From Macrostomum lignano (taxonomy: Eukaryota): DNA of 52,455 nucleotides. Positions 37,953 to 47,448 of the stretch are shown in pieces. Position 1 is the stretch's first letter. Every line of letters starts with the position of its first letter. Under the pieces are notes generated by a model. It was given only the letters and a program-made list of their open reading frames with translations, was not told the DNA's origin and made no database searches. Location of the stretch: NCBI GenBank assembly GCA_002269645.1, contig NIVC01004265.1, positions 1 through 52,455 of the forward strand. Reading direction: 5' to 3'. The position numbers and the translations under genes are program-made.

Positions 37953-40900
37953 GCAACAACAACAGCAGCAACAACAACAACAGCAACAACAACAGCAACA
38001 ACCACAACAGCAACAACAGCAGCAGCAACAACAACAACAACAACAACAGCAACAACAACAGCAGCAACAACAACAACAGCAACAACCACAACAGCAACAA
38101 CAACAACAGCAACAACCACAACAACAGCAGCAACAACAACAACAGCAACAACAACAGCAACAACCACAACAGCAACAACAGCAGCAACAACAGCAGCAAC
38201 AACAACAACAACAACAACAACAACAGCAACAACAACAACAGCAACAACCACAACAGCAACAACAACAACAGCAACAACCACAACAGCAACAAGGCGACAG
38301 TACAGTTCAGAAAAGGCGGTGCCAGATCAGGCACAGAAGCTTATGGATTCAATATGGCACAGAAGATGAGGGACTCGATAAGGCAGAGAAGTTGAGAGAC
38401 TCAATTAGGTATTCAATAGATGAGATAAAGCATTTGGGAGGCCATAAAATGAAACACGCAGGCTAACCGGGTTCGCCGCTCTCCTCCTTCTCGCCATCCG
38501 CAGAGGACTGAACCTGGACACCGAGACAGCCCTGTCTCAGCAGCAGGGCGTCCAGCGCATCGGTGAACAGGTGCAGCGCCGACCACAGCAGCTGCCTGGT
38601 GGACGCCCGCTGCGCCGACGACATTTTGCCAGAGGCAGCGGCCACAGGCAGCCAAGCCGTGAGGTGCAGCTCTCCGTTCCTGCCGTCTGCGCCAGCTCCA
38701 TCCTCGCCGCCGCTTTTAGTCACGTGAGCAACGACAATCTCGACGCCCCAGAGGCTGCGAACAAAGCCGGAGGCTGAGCAGCGGCACAGCTGGCCGAGCC
38801 GGCTGGTCAGGCCGAACAGGGCGGGCAGGGCGCGCTCAACCGGCCGGACAATGCCTCGGTAGACTCGGTAGGCAGCTGGCTCGCTACCGGCTGGCAGCTG
38901 GGCGTGGGTGAACAGCGGCCAGTCCAGGGCTTTCCGGCGGCCGGCAGCGCAGTACAGATTCGTGTAGAACAGGCGCTCGTCTTCGGCGCTGCGACGCAGA
39001 GGCGCCAGAGGGACCAGGGCGCCGGAGTCGGCCAGGATGCGGCGCAGGTGAGGCTGGGATTGGGGATGAAGGGGGGGTCAGCGCTGAAGCCTTCAAATTA
39101 TTGTAAAGGTTACTGATTTTTGCTGATTGACTGTTTCAATAGCTCCTGACTCATTCTGTATCAGCTCCTGACTCATTGTGTATCAGCTCCTGACTCATTG
39201 TGTATCAGCTCCTGACTCATTGTGTATCAGCTCCTGACTCATTGTGTATCAGCTCCTGACTCATTGTGTATCAGCTCCTGACTCATTGTGTATCAGCTCC
39301 TGACTCATTGTGTATCAGCTCCAGACTCATTGTGTATCAGCTCCTGACTCATTGTGTATCAGCTCCAGACTCACTCTGTCACAGCCCCTGACTCATTGTG
39401 TATCAGCTCCTGACTCATTCTGTATCAGCTCCTGACTCACTCTGTCACAGCTCCTGACTCATTGTGTATCAGCTCCTGACTCATTGTGTATCAGCTCCAG
39501 ACTCACTCTGTCACAGCCCCTGACTCATTGTGTATCAGCTCCTGACTCATTCTGTATCAGCTCCTGACTCATTGTGTATCAGCTCCTGACTCATTGTGTC
39601 ACAGCTCCTGACTCACTCTGTATCAGCTCCTGACTCATTGTGTCACAGCTCCTGACTCATTCATTATCAGCTCCCGACTTATTCTGAAAAGTCATAATTT
39701 TTTTATTTCACCCGAGTGCTGGCTATGAATATATAGATATAGATATAACAAATCGCTCTATTTTAGATTACCGATATGTAGTGCATGTTCTATTATCAAG
39801 GTAAAATTTTAATTAGAATACGAATTGATTCGATAAAAAGATCGACCATTTTAAAGCAACATTCTCAACAAAATTGTCGATCCAAAACAGTTCAACGCTG
39901 ACCTCTTCGGCTGAGGTCACTCCAGCGGCTTTAAGTGCCTGGGCCAGGGTGGCTTCGCTCCACACACCAGCGTCCGGCTCGAGTCCGGGTAGCAACGACC
40001 CAGCAACCAGGGGCGGATCGAAGGGCAGCGATTCGAGCAGGTCGAAGAACCACGGCAGGTCGGTGACGATTAGGCTCAGGTGGCGGAGAAATATTAGCGA
40101 GCCCTGCGGAGTTCAGGTAGATGGGGGTGGCGGGGTAGATTTCGTACATAACAGCCACTGACACTATCACAGTCAGTGACTCATTTTTAAATGTCGCCTG
40201 ACTCACTCTATATCAGCTCCTGACTCACTCTGTCACAGCTCCTGACTCACTCTGTCACAGCTCCTGACTCACTTTGTAGCAGCTCCTGACTCACTCTGTA
40301 GCAGCTCCTGACTCACTCTGTCACAGCTCCTGACTCACTCTGTCACAGCTCCTGACTCACTTTGTAGCAGCTCCTGACTCACTCTGTAGCAGCTCCTGAC
40401 TCACTCTGTCACAGCTCCTGACTCACTCTGTCACAGCTCCTGACTCACTTTGTCACAGCTTCTGACTCACTCTGTCACAGCTCCTGACTCACTCTGTCAC
40501 AGCTCCTGACTCACTTTGTCACAGCTCCTGACTCATTCTGTCACAGCTCCTGACTCACTCTGTCACAGCTCCTGACTCACTCTGTCACAGCTCCTGACTT
40601 ATTCTGTCACAGCTCCTGACTCACTCTATCACAGCTCCTGACTCACTCTGTCACAGCTCCTGACTCACTCTGTCACAGCTCCTGACTCACTCTGTCACAG
40701 CTCCTGACTCATTCTGTCACAGCTCCTAACTCACTCTGTCACAGCTCCTGACTCATTCTGTCACAGCTCCTAACTCACTCTGTCACAGCTCCTGACTCAT
40801 TCTGTCACAGCTCCTAACTCACCCTCTCATGCAGCCACTGCAGCGCCTCCACCAGCTGCCGCCTGCCGAACTTCTCGTCCGCCTCTTTCAGGCAGTCCAA

Positions 40901-43900
40901 TGCGCAGATTCGGCCCCGCCCGCTGCCCTCAGTGGCCGCCTTCAGCGCCTCCTTGACGTGGCGAATTCGCCACAGCCGGTCGGGCAGCAGCGCCTCCACT
41001 GCCGCCTGCGACGTGGCCGCCAGAGCCACCCGGAGCTCGGGCAGCTGGTCGGTGCCAAACAGCTCGAGATCGTCGCCGATTCGCGTCTCCAGGTAGGCCT
41101 GGATGCGCTCGGCCGTGCCGGACAGCTCCGACCAGCGCAGCTGGCGCAGAAACTCGCCGCCGCCTCCGCCGCCGCTTTCAGCCAGTCGTTTCTCCTCGAC
41201 CTCCAGGCTGGCCGTCGCCTGATCGCGGACCCGCTTCAGCTCGGCCGCGACGCCTTCTCGAATGCGAGCCGCTGTCGAACTGGCGGCGGACGACGACGAT
41301 GACATTCGATGGCAGAGGACGCGGAACGGCGGCGTGTGCAGCGGCGTCCCGACAGACGGGTCGCTTTCAACAGCAGCAGAAGACGTCGCCTCGGCCCCGG
41401 CTGAGACCTTGGACTTCGCCAAGTCGGGCACCGGGGGCCGCCACCGACGCTGGAGTAGACGGGGCTGGCCGAATCCGGCAGCAGGTAGAAGCCCACGTCG
41501 TCCGCCTTGCCTTTGGCGCAGCTGGCGTAGCCGAACACGCCTTCGTGCACCGTCTGCGACACCTTGCCCTTCTTTTGGACTGAGCCGCCGCGGGACAGCG
41601 CCGAGGACTTCACGATGAACTGGTGCACCGTGGCCTTGTTTAGCACGATGTTCACCATGTTTGATTCGCCGCTGAGGGCGCCTTTGCGCACCTCGATTGA
41701 TACAACGAAGTTGTCCTTGTCAGAGACGAACGTGTCCGTCTTCCAGGTGGCCGGGATGGACATGACTCCGTCATCCTTGACGCAGCTCAGCTTGCTGGAG
41801 AAGTTTTCGGATGGCTTTGCAGATTTTTTATTTATTGTCAAGGCCAAACCGTATCGGGATGTCAGGTCGGCGCTGACAGATCGGGGTGTCAGATCTACTG
41901 GAGAATAGCGGCTGTCAGCACTGACAGATCGGGGTGTCAGATCCACTGGAGAATAGCGGCTGTCAGCACTGACAGATCGGGGTGTCAGGCCCGCTGAAGT
42001 TAGGGGTGTCAGGCCCGCTGAAGTTAGGGGTGTCAGGCCCGCTGAAGTTAGGGGTGTCAGGCCCGCTGAAGTTAGGGGTGTCAGGCCCGCTGAAGTTAGG
42101 GGTGTCAGTCCCGCTGAAGTTAGGGGTGTCAGGCCCGCTGAAGTTAGGGGTGTCAGTCCCGCTGAAGTTAGGGATGTCAGGCCCGCTGAAGTTAGGGGTG
42201 TCAGGCCCGCTGAAGTACCGGAGGCTCCGCACTCACAATTCTTTTCCAGAGTCGCTGAACTCCAATTTTACAATCGCTCGCTCGTAGAGGTCGGAGAAGC
42301 TGTGAAATTTCTGAGAAAACTCGAACCACTTCGGATCCATTCGAATCAGGCCGACCGTGCACTCTTTGCAGTCGGCAACAACCACTGAGAACACGGAGCT
42401 GGGCTTGCGGATGTCGAGCTCATTGTTGCTAACGAACATACTGTTGCACTCTTCCATTGGGAGGCTGCGGAGTTTTTTGAATAGAGTTTGTGATTGAATG
42501 CAGCTCTGAACCGTTGACCCACAGGACTTAGATCTTGACCCACTTGACCCACGGATCCTTGAGCTTGACCCACGGATCCTAGAGCCTGACCCAAGGATCC
42601 TTGAGCTTGACCCACGGATCCTTGAGCTGGACCCAGCTGACCCACGAATCCTTGAGCTTGACCCACGGATCCTAGAGCTTGACCCACGGATCTTAGAGCT
42701 TGACCCACAGATCCTAGAGCTTGACCCACGGATCCTAGAGCTTGACCCACTTGACCCACGGATCCTTGAGCTTGACCCACTTGACCCATGGATCCTTGAG
42801 CTTGACCCACGGATCCTAGAGCTTGACCCACGGATCCTTGAGCTTGACCCACTTGACCCATGGATCCTTGAGCTTGACCCACGGATCCTAGAGCTTGACC
42901 CACGGATCCTAGAGCTTGACCCACAGATCCTAGAGCTCGACCCACGGATCCTAGAGCTTGACCCACAGATCCTAGAGCTTGACCCACGGATCCTAAAGCA
43001 TGATCCATGGATCCTAGAGCTTGACCCACTTGACCCACGGATCCTAGAGCTTGACCCACGGATCCTAGAGCTTGACCCACTTGACCCACGGATCCTTGAG
43101 CCTGACCCACGGATCCTAATGTATGACCCATGGAGCTTAAAAAGTTAAGAAAAGAACTTGGAGCTTGACTTAAACAGTTAAAGTAGGTCTTTGATCCATT
43201 TGTCTACTCACATCCATTTTTCCACTTGCTTCACTCCGACATGATGATACTCGGGGCCCTTCACCATCTCGATCTTGTCGTCGGCCTCGACATCGGCGCC
43301 ACCTTTTCGGTCCACCTTTGGCTTGTCGGGAATGTTGGGAATGCTCGCGTCTGAAGCCGTGGCGAGCTTGCGTCTGGTTGCCGGGTCTGGCTGCTTCAGC
43401 ACAGGGTTCGCCTGGGGACAAGTTTGAGTTGGTGCTATCCATTTGCCTAGTAGTGCTCATGCCTAACTTGTCTACTCTCAGTCTACCCTACCTACTCTCA
43501 GTCTACCCTACCTACCCTCAGTCTACCCTACCTACTCTCAGTCTACCCTACCTACTCTCAGTCTTCCCTACCTACCCTCAGTCTACCCTATCTACTCTCA
43601 GTCTATCCTACCTACTCCCAGTCTATCTTATGTACTCTCAGTCTACCCTACCTACTCTCAGTCTACCCTACCTACTCTCAGTCTACCCTACCTACTCTCA
43701 GTGTACCCTACCTACTCTCAGTGTACCCTACCTACTCTCAGTCTACCCTACCTACTCTCAGTCTACCCTACCTACTCTCAGTCTACCCTACCTACTCTCA
43801 GTCTACCCTACCTACTCTCAGTCTACCCTACCTACTCTCAGTCTTCCCTACCTACCCTCAGTCTACCCTACCTACTCTCAGTCTATCCTACCTACTCCCA

Positions 43901-46489
43901 GTCTATCTTATGTACTCTCAGTCTACCCTACCTACTCTCAGTCTACCCTACCTACTCTCAGTCTACCCTACCTACTCTCAGTGTACCCTACCTACTCTCA
44001 GTCTACCCTACCTACTCTCAGTGCACCCTACCTACTCTCAGTCTACCCTACCTACTCTCAGTCTACCCTACCTACTCCCAGTCTATCTTATGTACTCTCA
44101 GTCTACCCTACCTACTCTCAGTCTACCCTACCTACTTTCAGTCTACCCTACCTACTCTCAGTGTACCCTACCTACTCTCAGTGTACCCTACCTACTCTCA
44201 GTCTACCCTACCTACTCTCAGTCTACCCTACCTACTCTCAGTCTACCCTACCTACTCTCAGTCTACCCTACCTACTCTCAGTCTACCCTACCTACTCTCA
44301 GTGCACCCTACCTACTCTCAGTCTGCACTTAAGTCCCAAACGCCTCACCTTAGACAGGTAGGTCACCAGCGTCTCGGCTATGTGCCCAACAGCTCTATCG
44401 AAGTCGTTGAGCACCACAATCACAACCTGGTCCGGCTGGCTTGGAAAGTACTGCAGGTTGTAGGCCTGTAGATAGATTGTGGCAATGGAGTTTTTGTCTT
44501 GATGAGTGGGGAAATGGGCAGCCCGGGCCATGAAGTGTTTATTGTTAGCGTCTATGGTTGAGTGTTTATGGCTTAGTGTTTATCATTTTGCGTTTATGAC
44601 TGAATGTTTATGGTTGAATATTTATGGTTGAATGTTTATGGTTGAATGTTTATGGTTGGATGTTTATAGTTGGATGTTTATGGTTGGATGTTTATGGTTG
44701 GATGTTTATGGTTGGATATTTATGGTTGAATGTTTATGGTTGGATGTTTATGGTTGAATGTTTATGGTTGAATGTTTATTGTTGGATGTTTACGGTTGAA
44801 TGTTTACGGTTGGATGTTTATGGTTGAATGTTTATGGTTGGATGTTTATGGTTGAATGTTTATGGTTGGATGTTTATGGTTGAATGTTTATGGTTGAATG
44901 TTTATGGTTGAATGTTTATGGTTGAATGTTTATGGTTGAATGTTTATGGTTGAATGTTTATGGTTGAATGTTTATGGTTGAATGTTTATGGTTGAATGTT
45001 TATGGTTGAATGTTTATGGTTGAATGTTTATGGTTGAATGTTTATGGTTGAATGTTTATGGTTGAATGTTTATGGTTGAATGTTTATGGTTGAATGTTTA
45101 TGGTTGAATGTTTATGGTTGAATGTTTATGGTTGAATGTTTATGGTTGAATGTTTATGGTTGAATGTTTATGGTTGAATGTTTATGGTTAGATATTTATC
45201 TTTTTGTGTTTATGGCAAAGTTTTCATGAATTAAAGCTTCAGTACAATGCTATTAACTGAGGGCTTATTGACAGCAGTCAATGATTGACTGTTTTTTTCA
45301 CATTTTTGCGCGAGTACTTATTGGTGCATTTTTGTCGTTTAGTGTTTACAGAAATGGTTTACTGAATGAAATCTCGCTTCTTTTGAAATATTTTAACAAT
45401 TGATTATATATCCATTCTGTCTAATTTACAGTTTACTTGCGTGTGTGCTGCTGAGCACTCATAGACAGAGCAATATAAAAGTCAAGAGAAACTCACGGAC
45501 AAGCACAGCTCGGTCGCCACCACGTGGGCGTCGCCAACCTTCATGAATTTGTCGTCCACCGCCGCGCCCCGACCGCCGGCCGCCTTCAGCTTGCCCTCCT
45601 TCACCGCAGACATCGCGCTGAACTGAACTTCCGGCAGCGACACGAACAGCAGGCTGCTGACCGCCAGCTCCTCGGCCAGCTCTGCGAGGATAAATAATTG
45701 ACCTTCTTTGTCACCTGCGTAAGGCCTAGCCAGGGTAGATAGATAGGGTAGATAGGGTAGATAGGATAGATAGGGTAGATAGGATAGATAGGGTAGATAG
45801 GGTAGTTAGGGTAGATTGGGTAGTTAGGGTAGATTGGATAGATAGGGTAGATAGGGTAAATAGGGCAGATAGTGTTGTTAAGGTAGATAGGAAAGATATT
45901 GTAGATAAGATAGATAAGGCATATAGGGTAGATAGCGTAGTAGACGATATAAATAGGATATACAGGGTAGATTGGATAGATAGGGTAGATACGGCAGTGA
46001 CAAGATAAGTAGAAATGGGAGGTAGATAGATTTGGAGGGCAAGAGAGTGGTAGATAGGCTAATTTTGCCCACCCACCTTTGTTCTTCTTCAAGTCATCAT
46101 CGTCCATTTTATCGGCAATGTCCGTCTTGACCACGGAAGCGCTGGAGAAAGTCCGGAACAGGTGCGCTATGGAATTCTTGGTGATGGCGGGGCAGTGCTG
46201 CAGGTCGATGTTCATCTGGACTTTCTGTTGGTGCAGTGAAGGTGTGTCGTTTTACTACACTCTTCTACTAATAGTAGCACCATATATAGACGGTATTTTT
46301 TAAACAGGATACAAACCTTAATCTTCTCCGGATCCTTTCTCTCTTTTTCAAAGGCTTCGCACAGCCAACGGATGCCCTGGTCGGTGATGTAGGCCTCGCC
46401 GCGAAATGACAGTTGGAAAAATTGCGCTGAATCCTTCTTGGCCTGGGTTCGGGTTAGAGCAGGGTGGTTAGCTAGTAGTAGTATTGACA

Positions 46490-46583
<94 letters not shown>

Positions 46584-46649
46584 TAGTAGTAGTAGTAGTA
46601 GCAGCAGCAGTAGTAGTAGTAGTAGTAGTAGTAGCAGTAGTAGTATCAA

Positions 46650-46705
<56 letters not shown>

Positions 46706-46736
46706 TCAATAGTAGTAGTAGCAGTAGTAGTATCAA

Positions 46737-46811
<75 letters not shown>

Positions 46812-46812
46812 C

Positions 46813-46852
<40 letters not shown>

Positions 46853-47448
46853 CATTCTACACTCACCAGCTCCTTGGCGAAGCTCTTCAACGTCATGTCC
46901 GTCCACAACGATGTCCACAGCGGCAGGGTGTTGTCGAATTCCCCCGGCCCATCCGAGCAGCAGAGAATCTGGCTGTCGGAGCGCTGCTTCAACAAACTGT
47001 CGAACTTGCCCTTTTGTGTTGATTAAAACTTGGATTATTATGCTTGACTGAAGCTTGAAATATCCCAACCCTTGGTAATTTTAACCGAAAAACTTAAACG
47101 GCAACATATACTACTCACATCGAGTGCGTTTCTCTCCAGTTGAAGGCGGCTGTAGGCATTTCGAATAGCCTGCGAATTTTTCGTGCTCAACTGGCTCTGC
47201 GGACCGGCGGCGACCTCGTCGCGACGTCGTCGATTAGGACGCACCAAGTTGTTGGAGAACAGATTCTTCTGCTGCTCCTCCTCATCCGAGTCCGGAGTCT
47301 CCGAGCCAGTTTCTGTCTCAGTTTTCTCTTCCTCTGAGAAGTGACTAGTGGTCTGCTGTTGCAGCATCTGCTCCTGCTGCACCTGCTGCTGAATGGGAAA
47401 AAGATTCGGCGGCGCGGCTTTCCTGGCTGTCTGCTTTGTTCGAGCCAT
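13810..47448 (-). CDS. Giant ROCO-family protein (~3,740 aa, 35 exons): H3-tail mimic, LRR, degenerate Roc-COR, Cys-rich motif, SPRY, LRRs, Roc GTPase, COR, two TIR, CaaX
   Basis: Hand-spliced exons, all GT-AG and phase-compatible: 47119-47448, 46867-47010, 46317-46442, 46077-46224, 45497-45681, 44349-44465, 43212-43411, 42237-42464, 40823-41794, 39903-40103, 38468-39053, 34382-34736, 33784-33899, 33635-33690, 33485-33582, 32435-32642, 32231-32351, 30293-31520, 29749-29965, 28954-29277, 27865-27977, 27151-27783, 26171-26500, 25216-25722, 23023-23403, 22149-22583, 20904-21065, 20606-20802, 20017-20505, 19308-19815, 17367-17917, 17096-17128, 16627-17005, 14430-14707, 13810-14073. Three 1-nt deletions must be corrected (~41435, ~34700, ~17741). 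A few acceptor choices (e.g. 44465, 41794) are best guesses. Confidence 0.85.
14082..14402. repeat. 28-bp intronic minisatellite (TGAGCTGAGATCCCGGTGTGAGATTGCA)n
   Basis: Fills almost the whole last intron of the ROCO gene. Confidence 0.95.
14755..14870. repeat. Short ~20-bp degenerate tandem repeat
   Basis: GAGAGTCTGTGAGGGGCCA-like units. Confidence 0.75.
15300..16620. repeat. 20-bp intronic minisatellite (CACTGAGTCAGCAGTGAAGG)n
   Basis: Directly visible; two interleaved variants. Confidence 0.97.
17235..17340. repeat. 30-bp tandem repeat, 3-4 copies
   Basis: CACCCATCAAAGCTGAGTGTACCTGTCAAT. Confidence 0.85.
17367..20120 (-). CDS. ROCO gene exons encoding two tandem TIR (TIR_2-like) domains plus a coiled/basic segment
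   Basis: KDVFISYCWANS..LQEKGIHCWLD..SLFEDISDGLRQCSVVLAFASNEYQRSANCMMEF, preceded by a more degenerate copy (DCKVLLVFLSKAFADDEACRGMF). Confidence 0.88.
17975..19265. repeat. 10-bp intronic minisatellite (CAACACCATC/CAACACCACC)n splitting the second TIR domain
   Basis: Directly visible. Confidence 0.97.
19850..20005. repeat. 52-bp tandem repeat, about 3 copies, filling an intron
   Basis: GAGACTGGAGCACTGGTCTTATGCCTGAGACAGGGAAACTGGGCTTGTGTCC. Confidence 0.9.
20017..22583 (-). CDS. ROCO gene exons encoding the Roc C-terminus and COR domain (4 exons)
   Basis: AVNFLNDIGSIQYF..KVVINPKWIVDVM; EAFDLTYP..VPCLLP; YQFEYLPAGLFNRAQVRL; IRDVIDGLIKETFQGV..CPEC. Confidence 0.93.
21110..22040. repeat. 46-bp intronic minisatellite
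   Basis: GGGTGCGTGTACATTGGGGCTGAGAGCGACTGTTGATGATTGGTCA. Confidence 0.96.
22735..22990. repeat. ~21-bp intronic minisatellite (TAAGACGTCGATAGGGTCGAT)n
   Basis: Directly visible. Confidence 0.9.
23023..23403 (-). CDS. ROCO gene exon encoding the intact Roc GTPase core
   Basis: G1 GLGGVGKTS, G2 ITDGID, G3 WDFAGQ, HQFFLTHRAVYLL, G4 VGTHSD: canonical Roc motifs. Confidence 0.96.
23450..25150. repeat. GT-rich 14/15-bp intronic minisatellite (GGATTGGGGTTGTT / GCATTGGGGTTGTT)n
   Basis: Directly visible; source of the QQPQSNNPN and GLLDWGCWI ORFs. Confidence 0.97.
25216..27300 (-). CDS. ROCO gene exons encoding the LRR array preceding Roc
   Basis: LxxLxL repeats, e.g. LRHLRTLRLSQLPLRTLP and LTNLKTLQLNYQAIRRIP, and the Roc-proximal LRTPPLEVVQRGSAALLSYL. 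Confidence 0.93.
25870..25985. repeat. 32-bp tandem repeat, about 3.5 copies
   Basis: AAAACCCGATGTGAATCTCTCATAAGTAAGGC. Confidence 0.85.
28015..28930. repeat. 35-bp intronic minisatellite
   Basis: GACTATCCCATCAAGACACACAACAGCCGCACAAT. Confidence 0.97.
29440..29725. repeat. 34-bp intronic minisatellite
   Basis: CAAAGGATCAAGGATGGGACAGAAACCAGCCCAA. Confidence 0.92.
30005..30285. repeat. 34-bp intronic minisatellite
   Basis: CAACAGGTGAGACAGGTAGCCACACACTGGGATA. Confidence 0.93.
31250..32642 (-). CDS. ROCO gene exons encoding a SPRY domain (SPRYD3/RanBP9-like)
   Basis: Spliced sequence VGLLIGQSPL..FTIKIVSRGAEGTISIGLVPFGYHTTSQPGWRAGSIGYHGDDGGLF..GFFACVGMHSPGEIVQL. Confidence 0.88.
31660..32105. 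repeat. G-rich ~27-bp intronic minisatellite (GTGAGGCAGGATTGGGGTGGGTGT..)
   Basis: Directly visible; same family as 32655-33410. Confidence 0.94.
32655..33410. repeat. G-rich ~27-bp intronic minisatellite, same family as 31660-32105
   Basis: Shared core GAGGCAGGATTGGGGTG. Confidence 0.94.
34045..34313 (-). mobile_element. tRNA-derived SINE with a CORE/Meta-like central domain and (ATT)n-type tail
   Basis: Minus strand: A box TAGCCCAGTGG, B box GGTTCGATTC, then CACTTAAACTC..TGCTTCAGTTCACCCAGCTGTAAAATGGG (resembles the CORE-SINE consensus), ending ATTATTATTACTACT. tRNA stems are imperfect and no TSD is evident. Confidence 0.62.
34790..37700. repeat. ~102/106-bp satellite built of four diverged ~26-bp monomers, with higher-order periodicity
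   Basis: About 28 units; identical variant patterns recur 823 bp apart. Confidence 0.96.
37755..38292. repeat. (CAA/CAG/CAC)n trinucleotide microsatellite
   Basis: Directly visible; intronic. Confidence 0.97.
39140..39680. repeat. 22-bp intronic minisatellite (CAGCTCCTGACTCATTGTGTAT)n
   Basis: Directly visible; same family as 40195-40815. Confidence 0.95.
40195..40815. repeat. 22-bp intronic minisatellite (CAGCTCCTGACTCACTCTGTCA)n
   Basis: Directly visible; contains GTGAGT on the gene strand. Confidence 0.96.
41865..42215. repeat. 24-bp intronic minisatellite (GGGGTGTCAGGCCCGCTGAAGTTA)n plus a related longer unit
   Basis: Directly visible. Confidence 0.93.
42520..43135. repeat. 21-bp intronic minisatellite (GAGCTTGACCCACGGATCCTA)n
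   Basis: Directly visible. Confidence 0.95.
43470..44330. repeat. 20-bp intronic minisatellite (CAGTCTACCCTACCTACTCT)n
   Basis: Directly visible. Confidence 0.97.
44560..45190. repeat. 14-bp intronic minisatellite (TTTATGGTTGAATG)n
   Basis: Directly visible. Confidence 0.96.
45735..46000. repeat. 9-bp degenerate repeat (GATAGGGTA)n
   Basis: Directly visible; intronic. Confidence 0.88.
46475..46852. repeat. (AGT)n microsatellite
   Basis: Directly visible; intronic. Confidence 0.97.

Noticed and set aside
37675-38395. Poly-Asn, poly-Leu and poly-Val ORFs
   Set aside because: Trinucleotide microsatellite in an intron.
13810-47448. ROCO locus as a pseudogene or several separate genes
   Set aside because: All 34 introns are phase-compatible with canonical sites, there are no nonsense codons, and the frame breaks are homopolymer-type and also occur in the neighbouring TRPV gene. 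Not fully excluded without reads.
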